Source: Paragordius varius | Lineage: Eukaryota > Animalia > Nematomorpha | Direction: 5' to 3' | Length of the DNA stretch: 64,000 bases | NCBI GenBank assembly: GCA_964247055.1 | Contig: OZ176056.1 | Coordinates: 9,491,576-9,555,575, forward strand | Shown: positions 27,936 through 41,200 of the stretch, one piece after another | Numbering within the stretch: position 1 is the first letter of the stretch | Layout: each line of letters begins with the position of its first letter | The notes under the pieces: model-generated | The model's database searches: none | What the model was told of the DNA's origin: nothing | The model's input: only the letters and a program-made list of their open reading frames with translations | Position numbers and translations under genes: made by a program

Positions 27936-28020
27936 ACTTTTTAATATAATTTAGGAGAACATTCTTCTATCAGAATTAAATTAAACGTTTATTGGCTTCC
28001 AAATTTGGGTCAAATTTTGT

Positions 28021-28059
<39 letters not shown>

Positions 28060-30087
28060 CTTAAACTTAAAAAAACAATTTTAATCAAAATTGTGGGGTG
28101 ATATGTTAAGTATTATTATATAAATTAAAAAAAGTCTTTTTATAATGATTAAAGCGTATTTAAACCGTTTTCATGTTTGAAAATGGCATGCACGAACAAA
28201 TTTTGACGTATACTTAGTTTAAAACAATTTTCTTAAAATATTTTTTTTTAATTTATAGGTGTTCAATATATTTGTCGCGCTATCTCAGTATTTTGGGTTG
28301 GAACCATTCATTTTAGGAACCGTCCGTTTTTCGCAACCTAATGGTAAGACCTAAAACAATGAGCAACGTAGAATTCTTATCATTTTTTTATCAGAATATA
28401 TATAATTGGGTATTTTCCATACCCCCCCGGATTTCGTGCACATTTAAATTTTTATTTACAATTTTACAATAAAATTTTTTTTGCAGATTAAACAAAAACA
28501 AATATTTAAATTACCTACTCTTTTAAAACTAGATTTTATTGCATAAACTAAAATTAATCTTTTTAAGTATATTATGTGATCGTGTATAAATCGATATAAT
28601 TTACTTTGGAACACAAAATGGTAAAATTAATAAAATATGGTTAAAAAACATATATTTTAGTTTATACAATATCTCTACTGTATAATTTTATTTTTTAAGA
28701 ATTTTTGATTCGAAATGCTATTAACTTTTAAATTGGTTAAAAAAAATGAAGATAGTATACGATAGTTGTGTCTCCCTTGCTTTATATCATAATATCTAAT
28801 ATATATTATTATAAATAACCATACAAACTGAATATTAGATACGATTGAAATTATTTATTTATTATTTTGTAGGATGTTATTACCCCATTTTTGGGGTTAT
28901 ATATGTATTATTTAAGACAATAATACATATTGGATATCAAAATAAATATAATGGCTGTAAATCATTTGGTTTGTTTCGAAATATGTTTATTGTAGGACTA
29001 AACAGATTAACGTATTATTGTTTTTACCATCACTCATAACCTACCAATTTTCAATAATAATAGATGAGTGTGGTTTATATATTCGTGTGTTATTATTTAA
29101 AAAAACATAAATTTAATAAAATGATTGTTTATCAAATTATAGATGCTAGTGTTTCCAATTTGTTCAGTAACGAGAAAACGTTATTCCTCAAATATTAATA
29201 TTACAGAGACAACGAGTATAAATTAAAAAAATATATTTTAAAAAGACTACCATACTTGTTCATAAATTATGATTCCCATAAAAAAATGAGCTAGTACCAA
29301 TTTACATCTCTAATCCCCATTCCCTAACCTAAAGATATATAAATTCAAAAAAAATACAAAAAAAGATATGGTTGTTAATTTTACATGCTGTCTGTGTAAT
29401 TTAAATTACTCTAAGATTCGTATAAAAATAATGTGTGAAAATGTAAAAAATCATTTCCAACTAGCGAAAATTATTAAAAAAATAATATCTTATACGAAAA
29501 TGGACATTTTCAAAATATCCACCTAGTGTATAGGTCTCATATTTCTACAAACCAATTTAAATTTAACAATAAACCGACCGGCACAATCTGCTTGCAATTT
29601 ACTCGTATAACAAAACCTTAAACATCTATCTTAAATTGGCGGCTTCGGATCAGTGGATGTAAATCACAATAATACGATAATCTGTGCAGACCGTTACAAT
29701 AAAAATAAAGTTAGATTCCTATCCGTAGGTTAGTGATAATAAATTACAAAATTTGATATGGATTAATGTTTACAACAACTCATCCTAATATTTCTCAATT
29801 TAAACTTGGTTCAATCAAATAAATGATGGATTAATATTGAAACATCGGAGAGAGATTTTTCATCAACAAAAGCGTAATGTAGAATGATGGAAAACAAAAC
29901 CCCAACACATTCGATTAGGTATATATTAAATCTATTAGCCGTAATAAATAAAATTTATTCGTAGTTTCCACGATAGATCATTAAAAAGGGTTAATCTGTA
30001 AATGTATTAATCAAACGTAATATTTTGCAGTTTAAACCGCCGATAACCCATATTTATTTTAATATAGTTGTTAATTTAGTTTCATGA

Positions 30088-31544
30088 TTAGCACTGATTC
30101 GTTTGAACATAAACACGATGAGAAGTTGCTTCTGTGGAAGCGGCCTCCTGATCTCGAAAGATCGGTCTAACCATAACCTCGTATTCTGTATTGGGCAAAA
30201 CATATGGGAACCGATAATTATCAGAAAGGGCCTAAAAAGAAATTCACATTAGTTATACAATTACATAAAAAATTTGTGTATGAATAAAAATAAAAGAATT
30301 TGTAACACTAAAAATTGATGACAAAATATTTATGCGTTTGAAAAATATATGTCTTGATAGTATAATTTCACACTGTAAAAGACAAAATAATATATAACCA
30401 GCCTGACATAGTTTAAATAAGTTTGTCTGCCTTTATTTAATGTCATTTAACCATATGTTTTAATTAAACACTAAAATACGTGCATAATATTTGATCTCTA
30501 TTTTTATAAAAACCTTAAATATTAATGGGTTCGGAATAATTTTTCCATATAATGAAAAACTATAATAAAAAATATACCGAAATAAATCCTTTTTTATTTG
30601 GTATATCTCTCCCCGGGCTACTCAATAAAATGTCCAGGCCATATATTTCTTTAGCTTTTTCAGGATCATCAATTAAGGGGTTGGCAAGAAAAACTAATAA
30701 ATCTAGTGAGTTCGTGTTTGCAGCAGTTGTGCCGTTAATTAGGGAAACAGCCTTTATTTTGACGACCCACCTGGACAAATCTAAAAATTTTAAACAATGT
30801 TTTTAGAATAATACACGTAAAAATAAAAACTTTAATATATTTTACCTTCCTGATTAAGAACATAATGACCTGCATCGTTAAGACTAACTACACCATAAAT
30901 ATGTAAATAAATATAATATAACTCGAAAATGCCAATAATTCAAAAGCTTTATGATCAAACTAGCCTACTTCTAAATAATTTACCTGATATGCGTTTATAA
31001 GCTGAATATGCCCCAATTAGCGGTAAATTGTGATAAGAAGGTTGAACCTTAATCATATACTCGGTGGACAAAGTAAGTCCCTTGATATCAAATTGAGTTT
31101 GCTAAACAAAATATTATAAAGATGTAAATAAATAAGCAAAATAAATTTAATTAAATTTTATTTAAGATTTATACTTGTCCTATACTACCAGATTTAAGAG
31201 AAGCGCCTTCATAGAGATGAGATGAGTTGTAATAAGCATAAATGTAATAAATATTTTTCCTAAAATTTTGAAGATTTCTAGGATCCTGAAAAAATATCAA
31301 GATAGAATAAGTATTTAGGCCGGGGTTGACTGACAGAACGCACATGTCTAACATTTGAATACCTTTTTCGGATGTCTCAAACAAAGTACATTTCTTTTCC
31401 AAATCTATTTTTAAACATTGATTTCTTACAATAACATTTTTCACCCATTAAACATGTTAATCATTATAAATTTATTTTACCTGATTGAGTTAAACATTGG
31501 CCTGAGATAATGCTCAGAATAAGAAAGATAGCAGCTAGATACAT
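30088..31544 (-). CDS. Secreted protein (~266 aa) with two fibronectin type III-like segments; 6 exons
   Basis: Exons 31481-31544, 31175-31404, 30984-31101, 30846-30887, 30578-30780, 30088-30231; all GT-AG and phase-compatible. Signal peptide MYLAAIFLILSIISGQC; FN3-like strands IKGLTLSTEYMIKVQP and YVLPNTEYEVMVRP. The 3' end could extend further. Confidence 0.75.
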
Positions 31545-32236
31545 GGTTTACGGGGGTAGGATGAAATTCTGTAAAAAATTTATTTGAATTAAAATTTAAA
31601 AAAATTTAAAATAAAAAAATCGAAAACACTCCAATGTTTATACTAACTCTATATTTAAATATATAAGAATCCTACTTCCGCATTCGGCCCGTTGTTAATT
31701 ACTATCACAATCAAAATTGGATGATATTTAAATATTTATTTTAACACCACTCCTGACCGGTGTTAAACATCAATTATTATCAATCCTAATTGATTGAGAT
31801 AAAAAAGCATGTCTCATTTTAATGTAAAATTTATTTTTTACTTACTTATAAGGCAACGGAAAAATTAACACACTATCAAGGTCACCACCGATGTATGTCG
31901 CAATGCAAACAATTGTTTTTTGCCTCACTGATTTTAATGATATAATATATTTAATTAGTCATGTGAATATGTCTCGTTGTATTGAAAATTATAAAGATAA
32001 AAATAAAAGAAGTGATCTTTTTTTTAGATTTTAAATAAAAGCAAAAATTTTAAAATATATTAATTTATGGTTTTATAGGACCTTATTTTTACATAAATTA
32101 AGTTAAAACCATCATAAGACAATTTATTGCATAGGAAGATATGGCATATTAAAAGCGAAAAACTCAGAGTTAAGAATTAACTTTTAACTAAATGTTTGAA
32201 ACTTTTCCCATTGAAGTTGCATAATATATAATATAT

Positions 32237-32975
32237 TATCTATTTGCACTTCAAGAGTGTCCTTGAACACTTCAAGATGGTCCTTGAACATTTCAAGTTT
32301 TAAACACTTCAAATTGGTCCTAGAACACTTCAAGTCGGCCTTTGAACACTTCAAGTCAGTCTTTAGAACACTTCAAGTCGGTCTTTGAACACTTCAAGTT
32401 GGCCCTTAAAATATTTATTTGATTTAACCATAATTTTTGCATGTATTTTTTTATTTTATTGTTTTTTAACCTAATTTTATTTATTTATTATATTATTCAT
32501 TTAAAAATGAAAATTTTTTATTCAAAAACCACTTTTATATTTTCTAATTTTTTTCAAATTTAACAAATAATTAACTTTTAAAAGTTTTTAATGAAAAATT
32601 GTAAATAATAGCCCAAAAAACTTATATATTTTTTAATTACATGTTAAAATTTTATAAATATCCAAATATGAAATTAATGAAGATATACGGTTACTTAATT
32701 ATCAAAAGTTGATATTGTTTTAAAATATATGTTAAATAATAGAATAAAGGTTAAAAACGATAAAATACATTAATGATTTACGATTTGATTGATAAAAGTT
32801 AAAAAGAAAACAAAAAAGTCAAAGGACCAACTTGAAGTGTTGAAGGACCAACTTGAAGGGTTTAAGGGCCAACTTGAAATGTTCAAGGACCAACTTGAAA
32901 TGTTCAAGACCAACTTGAACCGTTTAAGGACCAACTTGAAGTGTTCAAGGATACTCTTGAAGTGCAAATGGTATA
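32237..32975. mobile_element. MITE (subfamily A) with ATTTGCACTTCAAGAG TIRs and inverted arrays of a 21-bp unit
   Basis: The left array (TTCAAGTTGGTCCTTGAACAC) and right array (GGACCAACTTGAAGTGTTCAA) are inverted. The AT-rich core is shared with 55232-55839. Confidence 0.85.
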
Positions 32976-35448
32976 CTATACAATCGGAATCGTGAATTTT
33001 ATTAAAAATGTACCAATCATCCCGTTATCGACCCAAGAAAGTTAGTAATAAACCACGGTTTTATAGGAAAAATATTTGTCGTCGTATAATATCAATTTTT
33101 GTTGTAAATTAATGCGACCAGATCTTTGAACCTTGACCCAGTAAAAAATTTACTGTTTTTGTTGTGAAGTAAATTTTTTCTAACTGCCATACTATGAAAT
33201 TGAAGCTAACATTTTATACACAAAAAATAAATAAAAAACTGGATACAAATTAACGCATAGGAAAAAAAATTGAGGAATATCCGGAAAAGGTTATCGAAAT
33301 CATATACACAGTGTACACAAAATATACTGATAATTTTTATATATTTTGATATGAAAACTATCAGGATTATCATGCTTTTGCTTTGTCCCCTCTGAGTTTA
33401 GGAAAGTTATTTTCTGTGGCAACTGCTTTGTATCAGAAAATGAAAATCTGCGCATTTTTTGTTAAATACAATTTTTTGTCAAAAGCTAAATTATTCGTTC
33501 CAAAAATATTTTTAAAATATCATAACTATATATCAAAAGCAAAACATTTTTTGATGAAGGTTTTGAAAGTTTCATATCGCCCTTCTAAAATGATTGGCTC
33601 TCAAATAAAAGCAAAAATGTTAGGATTGCGCAATAAAATATATATAACAAATTTTGACATCCAAAAAAGTTTTTTCCTAAAGAACTGATTATTTTATTTA
33701 AAAATTTAAATTACGAAATTACGGTGAAGTTTTACCGTGTTTTGAAACATGGTGGCAACAGTATAAAAGCGCTTTAAAACACTTTTTTATAATTCGATGG
33801 TGTTGAACATTTCTATCGCTCGTTTGTTTTCGAATTGTTAAATATAAACTTTTTAAATATTTAAGCAAAGGAACCTTTAATCAAAAGAGGTGTCGGAAAG
33901 GTTCAGCATCTTAGAATTTTATAGAAAAGATTCTATAATATCTTAAGGCGTTTAGTATGTAGTACGTTTGAACAAATATTTGCTATAATTTAAATTTAGC
34001 AAAATACCCATTTTTCGGAAAACCTTTTTTTGATGTTAAAATCTAGCATAGTTTAGAATTTTTATTGCGATCTGGCATTTTTGCGTTTATTTTTTATATG
34101 GTTAGCCCATTTTAGAAGGGCGAAAAATTTTGGACTTTCGGAGCCCACATCTACAAATTAAAATTTTATAAAAATGTTGTTTTTCTGTTTCCGTGTATTT
34201 ATCATATATTTTAGTAATATTTTTTCGAATAAGGCATTAAGCTTTTATCAAAAAATATTTCCCATTTTTTGATATGGAGCAGTTATACCACAAAAGTGTA
34301 AATAACATTCATAAATCATTCGTAAGCAAAACCATAAGATCATGAAAATTCTGATACATTTGCCTTTTAGAATATATATTTCATCAGGCTATTTTATTAA
34401 ACCCCTCGATTTTGGACGCAGTTATATATAATAAATTTAAAAATTACGGATAATTTTCCCTTTGGTAATTATGAAGGAAAGCAAAATTAAAATCAATTAC
34501 AACGTAAATGAAACACAAAAATAAAACTTGATCAAATTTTAAATAAATCATCATTGTAATAATTATAAATTTTAAGGCCTCATTTACGTAAGAATGAAAG
34601 ACCATAAGCCTATGCGTGAAGTCTAAGATTTATGTTTCCGGTACTGCGCAAATAGCTGCAGTCCCAAACCCTCTTCATGTATGATTCGTGCAGAAAATAA
34701 ATTATAAACCAATTACAAATAGGCCAATCCTACATTTTTAACGCAAAATAAACCATTTATATTTCACGAATTAAGGTTTTTAGCAAAGGCGTTTTATCTA
34801 TTCTACAATAATTTTGTATAGATAAAAGGTAATTGATAATTTTTGATTTTTAACATTAAAAAAGCAGTACAGAAGTTAGCTCAGTACAGACGCAGTTGTT
34901 TTCTGAAAACCCAGTACTGTACGGCGAAAAACAGCCTATCTGGTCATATTACTGTATGTATACATATGTATACATCTTTAAAATGTTTTAGTATTGTTGA
35001 AGTTAAAGGAATTCAACAAATTAAGAGTATTAATAAAAGGTATAAACCCTGATATGAAGTAAAATTAACGTTTTTGAAAGTGGGAGTTGAATAAAACAAT
35101 AACCTTACAATGGACTATTAGCCTTATATTTTTTTAAGGTAAAGTTAAAGAAATTAACATATAAGGAGTATTACAATTACATATATATACATATATATAT
35201 ATATATATATCCATATATATATATATATTATAAAGGGTTCCTAGTATTAACTAACAAACCTTAATAGAAAACATTTACCTTAGTAAACAAAAATAAAGAG
35301 GCATTTATGAAATAAATTAGGCTGGAAAAGTTTTAACTTTGGGATTAAAATTCAGCTATTAAAATAAATTTCGGAATACTACAAGTAGTCCAACCCAAAA
35401 ATAAAATTAAAATATAAACTTTTTGAAATAAATTAACCAGCTGGTGTC

Positions 35449-36819
35449 CAGTGGCGGAACTCTAAATACTGCCCCCCCCCCCCCCCCCCCCCCTTCTCCC
35501 CCAAAAAAATCAATTATCTTTTCATCTGGCGCCTCACTTAGATTCATAAATAAATATTATATTTAAAAATAATAATATTACATGACTTGGCATCCTCTAA
35601 AAGTTCTCGTATTTTTATATATGATGGTTAGTAACCACCCACCCACCCTAACACCGCCAATTCCTCAATCTTAATTAAGGTACTGAAAATAAAAATTCGT
35701 CAACATGACAAGTGTGCATTAGCTGAATTTAATAATAATACATAATAAACTACTTTTTATATTTCCACCAATGTTAGAAGTGATTTAAATAAAATATAAG
35801 CTTTAATTTTAGTTATAAAATTAAATAAACACCATATTTTCCAAAAATGTTAAATGGTGTCGAAGTAGTTTGATATGGAACTTTTTTAGATATTTCGACA
35901 TATTAATACATATTAAGATAGCGGAATAATTTTAAATTGGAACCGTTCCTTCAGTATTTTTTAAATATCAATTTAAATTAGTCTGAAATATTTAGATACC
36001 CCAATTTGAATCGAAGTGTTACTGCCAGAAATTGATAAAGGAACAGACAATATCATTATGGCTAAAATTTGGATAGTGAAAAAATGCATTTTTTGCTCTT
36101 TCTTCCTTTAACTCACTAATATTAAATTTACATGCACTTTACATGCACCCATTCCTCATAAAAATTAAAATATGGTCTTTCGCATTACATTAAAAAACAA
36201 ATTTTTTACGCTATATGAATTATATTATTGCAAATTAAATTTTATTTCTCACAATTTTGGGAATTCTCATAAAACTGTAATATTATAAATTTTTATAACA
36301 AAATAATTATGGACTTGAAAATTTATAAGCTTAACTTATTTTTTGGTGTCAACGATCTATAATCATTTATTTATTTTTATATTCCCTTTTTTAGGATGTT
36401 AACTGGAGTTAATTTAAAGTTATTTATTAATTATGGTGAAAGCGATACTGAAAATATATCCAAAAAGTCGTTTACGACTTAGGAATAACCAACCAATAAA
36501 ACCGTTTATTGCGATAGTGGAAAAATGCAGTTTTTTGCTTTTTCTTCCTTTCAATCAATAATAATTCTCTTTTTTAGAATGATATGATGCAATATCAGCA
36601 AATTAATACTGATTCAGCCTAATCCATAATTCTCTTTTTTATTTGCCGTTATATTTACAATAAGGCATTCACTTACATATCTGTAAATAAAAAAAGGTAT
36701 TAAATTTTGCCCCCCCCCCCCTCTGCAAATGAAATGGGGCCCAAATTTAATATAAATAATAAGGAAGGGCCCCTGTTTTTGGATACCCCCGCACCTATCT
36801 TCCTGTAGTTTCGCCACTG
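35449..36819. mobile_element. Non-autonomous hAT element (1371 bp)
   Basis: TIR CAGTGGCGGAACT...AGTTTCGCCACTG; 8-bp TSD CTGGTGTC/CTGGTTTC (7/8 match). The left subterminal region matches the transposase remnant end at 12900-13080. Confidence 0.85.
36451..36495 (+). mobile_element. Extreme 5'-truncated copy of the RTE 3' end (stem-loop plus AACC tail) nested in the hAT element
   Basis: ATATCCAAAAAGTCGTTTACGACTTAGGAATAACCAACCAA is nearly identical to the reverse complement of 23295-23340. Confidence 0.8.
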
Positions 36820-36989
36820 CTGGTTTCGCTGAGACGCAGTTTCACTGATAATTTATTTAATAATTTGCAATAATAGAGGTAATGGAGATAAAATAATGAA
36901 AATTAAATAAAAAAATCTCTCAAATTATTCTTTTACGGGTTTTTGCATAGGCCTAAACATTGTTTACTCTAAATTGACCATATTTAATC

Positions 36990-37400
36990 TGTCCCTTATG
37001 AAAGTTAATATTCAACTATCATTGGATGTAATTTGAGATTTTACGAAATTATGGTTAAAAGTTTTATTTAAAATTGTGTTCACATTGCTGGTATCAAGCT
37101 CTCCCTTATGAAAGTAAATATTCAACTATCATTGGATGTTTTTTTTGGGTAGCCCTTTGGTAGTTCCATCATCACCCCAAATATTTATGAGATCGGAATA
37201 TAAATGTATTTTTTATGAATTTTATAAATATTGACAAAATTTATACAATTTTAAAAATAAAAATGGCTACCTAAAATCCAAATTTGATCAGGTGATGTCG
37301 CCATAATTTTTTTGGGTAGCCCTTTGGTAGTTCCATCATCACCCCAAATATTTTTGAGATCGGACTATAAATGTTATTTTTATGAATTTTATAAATATTT
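36990..37400. repeat. Local direct duplications
   Basis: TCCCTTATGAAAGT(T/A)AATATTCAACTATCATTGGATGT occurs twice (~36993, ~37102). TTTTTTGGGTAGCCCTTTGGTAGTTCCATCATCACCCCAAATATTT...GAGATCGGA occurs twice (~37141, ~37310). Confidence 0.85.
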
Positions 37401-38278
37401 TTTATTAAAAAAAGTATTGTATCTTAATTAATGTTTAATCAAAAATGGTAATTTTAAAGTCGGTGAATATCAAATGCTATGTTATAGTTTTAAAGCTCCT
37501 TAAATAATCCATAGTAAACATTTAGCCGACTAGAATTCATAGGGATATTAACTATCAATATTTTAGTGTCTTCCGTTTTTTTGTCCGTATAAAAAAAATT
37601 TGTCCATATAAAAAACAGTTCGAATATTAAATATTTTAATCTTTTGATTTTAACACTCTGTCTCTTATAAAAAAAATTATGTCCGTTAGTTAAAAAATTC
37701 GTACGGATAATTACATATTTTACTGTAATTTTACTGTAATAATATAAAAAACATGCAATAAAGTCAAATTAATGATTTTAAGCGTTAAAAAACAGTAAGC
37801 ATCCCTCAATTCTCTTATGCCCAATATGTACTTCATATATATAATTTTTACCCCTTAAACGACTGTTATTACACAATTGCCTTTTTGCGAATATGTGCAA
37901 ATATTTGATCTTCATTAATATAATTGCCACTGTTTGCTTGCTTATCGAAATAATGGCCAAGGTCAAACCTATTGAAAACTCCATTTTATCTGCTAGTTAC
38001 GGGTTATAGAGATTTCGTAATATAAAAAATTTCGAAATAAGGTTATCGTATATCAATAAAGCACTTGAAACGTGACTGGCTGATATATTTATTTAGTGTT
38101 TTCTAATTATAACACATTAATTAGCGTTTCTGATGAAATTTTTTTGTATAAGTAGGAGCACACACTATCTAAAACAAGCTTTTTGCATCATTTTGTTTTT
38201 TATTGAAGAAATTGTATAAAAGATCGTCAAATTTTAAATTTATACAAAAATTGATTTTAAATTTTCTGGCATATTACA

Positions 38279-41200
38279 ATGAGAAACCAATTTTTAATGA
38301 ATCTATTGCCAATCGTTTGTATACTATTTTGCACCATTCAAGGTAAATTGCATAAAATTATAATCAAAAATTTTTATTATTTATGAAAAGAAATTTCAAT
38401 AATAGAATAACTCTAGTCTTGTAGATTGATATATATTAGACTTAACATTTTATACCATTTTGAATAACCCGCGCAATATAAATATATAAAATGCCCAATT
38501 TAACTTAATATATATTTGATATTCTGCCAATGTCTATACTTTCAAAAAGCAAAAAATCCAAATATATTCTCAAATAAAAATATTAAGAAGAATTTTATTT
38601 TTCCAAACATCCGTATAGATTAGTCCACCTCGAAAAATACAGTAAAAACTGAAATTCTAGGGACAAAACGTAAAAATGAAGGCAATTTTTTCTAAAAGAG
38701 ATCAAATCTATATTAATCCTATTATAATACTTAATAACAAACCTAAAATATATAATTGATTATGTTACCATTATACATCTCTATTTTATACTTTGAAAAT
38801 AAAAAACAATGAGTTAAATTTAAATTAATCTCAAGATGTAAAAAGTATGTTTGTCTCTTACTTAAATAATTGTCTTTATTTGTCCGTATAATTTTAATTT
38901 TTACTGTAATTATGTATATTTTTTTAAAAAAGACATTGATATTAATTCTTAAAACTTAATTTTCTCAACTACTTCTTTAGATGTTTATTCCGATTGTGGA
39001 AATCAATTTGCTAGAATCAATTCACCAAATTGTAGTGTTTTGTCTCAACGTATAGTTCATGGAAATAATGCTGATATAAAGGCTTGGCCTTGGCAGGTAA
39101 ATTAATAATAATTAAAATAAATGTGGAAAACATAAAATATAAAGTGTAGTTTTATCAAAATATAACCCCTTTCCATTTTCATAAACTTGCTTCATGGGAG
39201 GTGAAAAGTCCTAAATTGTTTTATCTTAAAATAAAATTAGTTTTTAAGATGACAGCTCTTTAGGAAAATTACAGTAAAAACTGAAATTAAACTATGGACA
39301 AAATGTAAAAATATAAAGACAATTGTTTTTTTTAACAGACACTCATACTTTTAAAACCTTAATTTTTTTGAATATAACTCATTGTTTTTAACTACAAAAT
39401 ATAATATAGAAATGTCAATTGGTAACACACATTTAATTGTGTATTTTAAAATTGTAATTAAATGTTTCATACATTAATGAAGTTTTAAAAAGGTATGGTT
39501 GTATTTTGTAGAATTTGTCTTTATATTTTTATATTTTGTCCGTATAATTTTAATTTATACTGTATATTCGTGATATTATTAATTTAAACCATGGTCGAGC
39601 TCCATTGAATAAATACATGAACATTAATATATATTTTATTTCAAACTTGAAACTGTAATAAAAATTCAATCATAAAACTATTTATTCACCGTTTTCGCAA
39701 GTTCATTGTAAAAATTTGGATAAACTTATTCAGAAACTGTTATTAAATATTAATTCTACAAAGATTTATTATATTGATAACAAAATTTTTGTGATTTAAG
39801 AAATATCCTATTTATTTAATACATTAAAAACTGAAATTATACGGACAAAACATAAAAATATAAAGAAATATTTTTTTTCAAAAGGCAACCATACTTTTTA
39901 AAACTTTAATTTTAAATATAAAATATTTAATTACATTCTTAAACTACATATTTGATTGTGCTCACAATTTACATTTCTATTTTATATTTTGCAGATAAAA
40001 ACATTCAGTTATATTTAAAAAATTATGATTTAAAAGTATGATTGTCTTTTGGAAAAAAATATTTGCCTTTTTATTTTTACCTTTTGTCCATAGTATAATT
40101 TAAATTGTTACTGTAATTTTTAATTTTTTTGTGGGCCGCACAAAGAGTAACAGAGCTAACTCATATTTATACGATATATTTACATATTTTTACAGTAAAA
40201 TTGAAATTATACGGACAAAAAGTAAAAATATAAAGACAAATATTTTTTTCCAAAAGACAACCATACTTTTTGAATTTTACTTTATTTAATGATAATTATT
40301 ATTTCAAACATTAAAATGATAAAACAAGCAATTTATGTATTGTACGATTGTATTTAAATTATTTTAATAAGGATAAATAAGTTTTGAAAAACTATCATTG
40401 TCTTTTAGAACAAAAAAATTGTCTTTATATTTTTACGTTTTGTCCGTAGTATAATTTCAATTTTTACTTTATTTATTTAGCTTTTCCTCAAAATTGAACG
40501 CAAACAGGATTGTGGCGCTGTATTAATTAACCAACGATTTGCTCTCACAGCTGCTCATTGCGTTTGGGGAAAGTTTATTCCCAATTATTTTTTCTTTTTG
40601 TTTTATGAAAACTTTATTTCAGAGAATTTTCATTTATTAACACTCTTATATTATGTGAGTTGTGATTAAGTTAATAAAAAGATTATACGAACAAAGCGTA
40701 AAAATATCAATAAAAATATTTTCTAAAATATCACCATACTTTTTAAACGTCTAAAATATAATTCTTTACTTTATTTAATATTGAATGTGAGAAGAAGATG
40801 TATATATAAAAATCTATAATACTAAAACAATCAATTTAATATTTTATCATCGTTATTGAATAGCTTACGTAGAAGTTAAGGTTTGAAAAAGTATGGTTGT
40901 CTATTGGAAGAAATTGTCTTTAGATTTTTACGTTTTGTCCGTATATTTCAATTTTTACCGAATTATAAAGATTAAAATTCGATATGTTTTAAAACTAAAA
41001 ATAAGGTTCTTTGTTCAGTTTTAATTTATAATAAAATATCCTAACTACAAAGTCCATACAATTAACTGAAATTCAATGCTTTTGTGCAAATAACGCAATT
41101 TTTATAATTTCATATCTGTCTATTGGGCTGCTTATATAACAACTACTTGTTTCCGCCTATTCTCTTGAATGCCTATTTTTTAACTCTTTTGTTTAAAAAT

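Noticed and set aside
29560-29730. NHL-repeat-like peptides (TDRHN, GSVDVNHNNTIICADRYN)
   Set aside because: They are broken by stops and frame changes and are too short to support.
32770-32995. Heptad/leucine-zipper-like ORFs (also 15997-16179, 55146-55385, 55616-55882)
   Set aside because: They are in-frame readouts of the 21-bp MITE subterminal repeat with no gene context.
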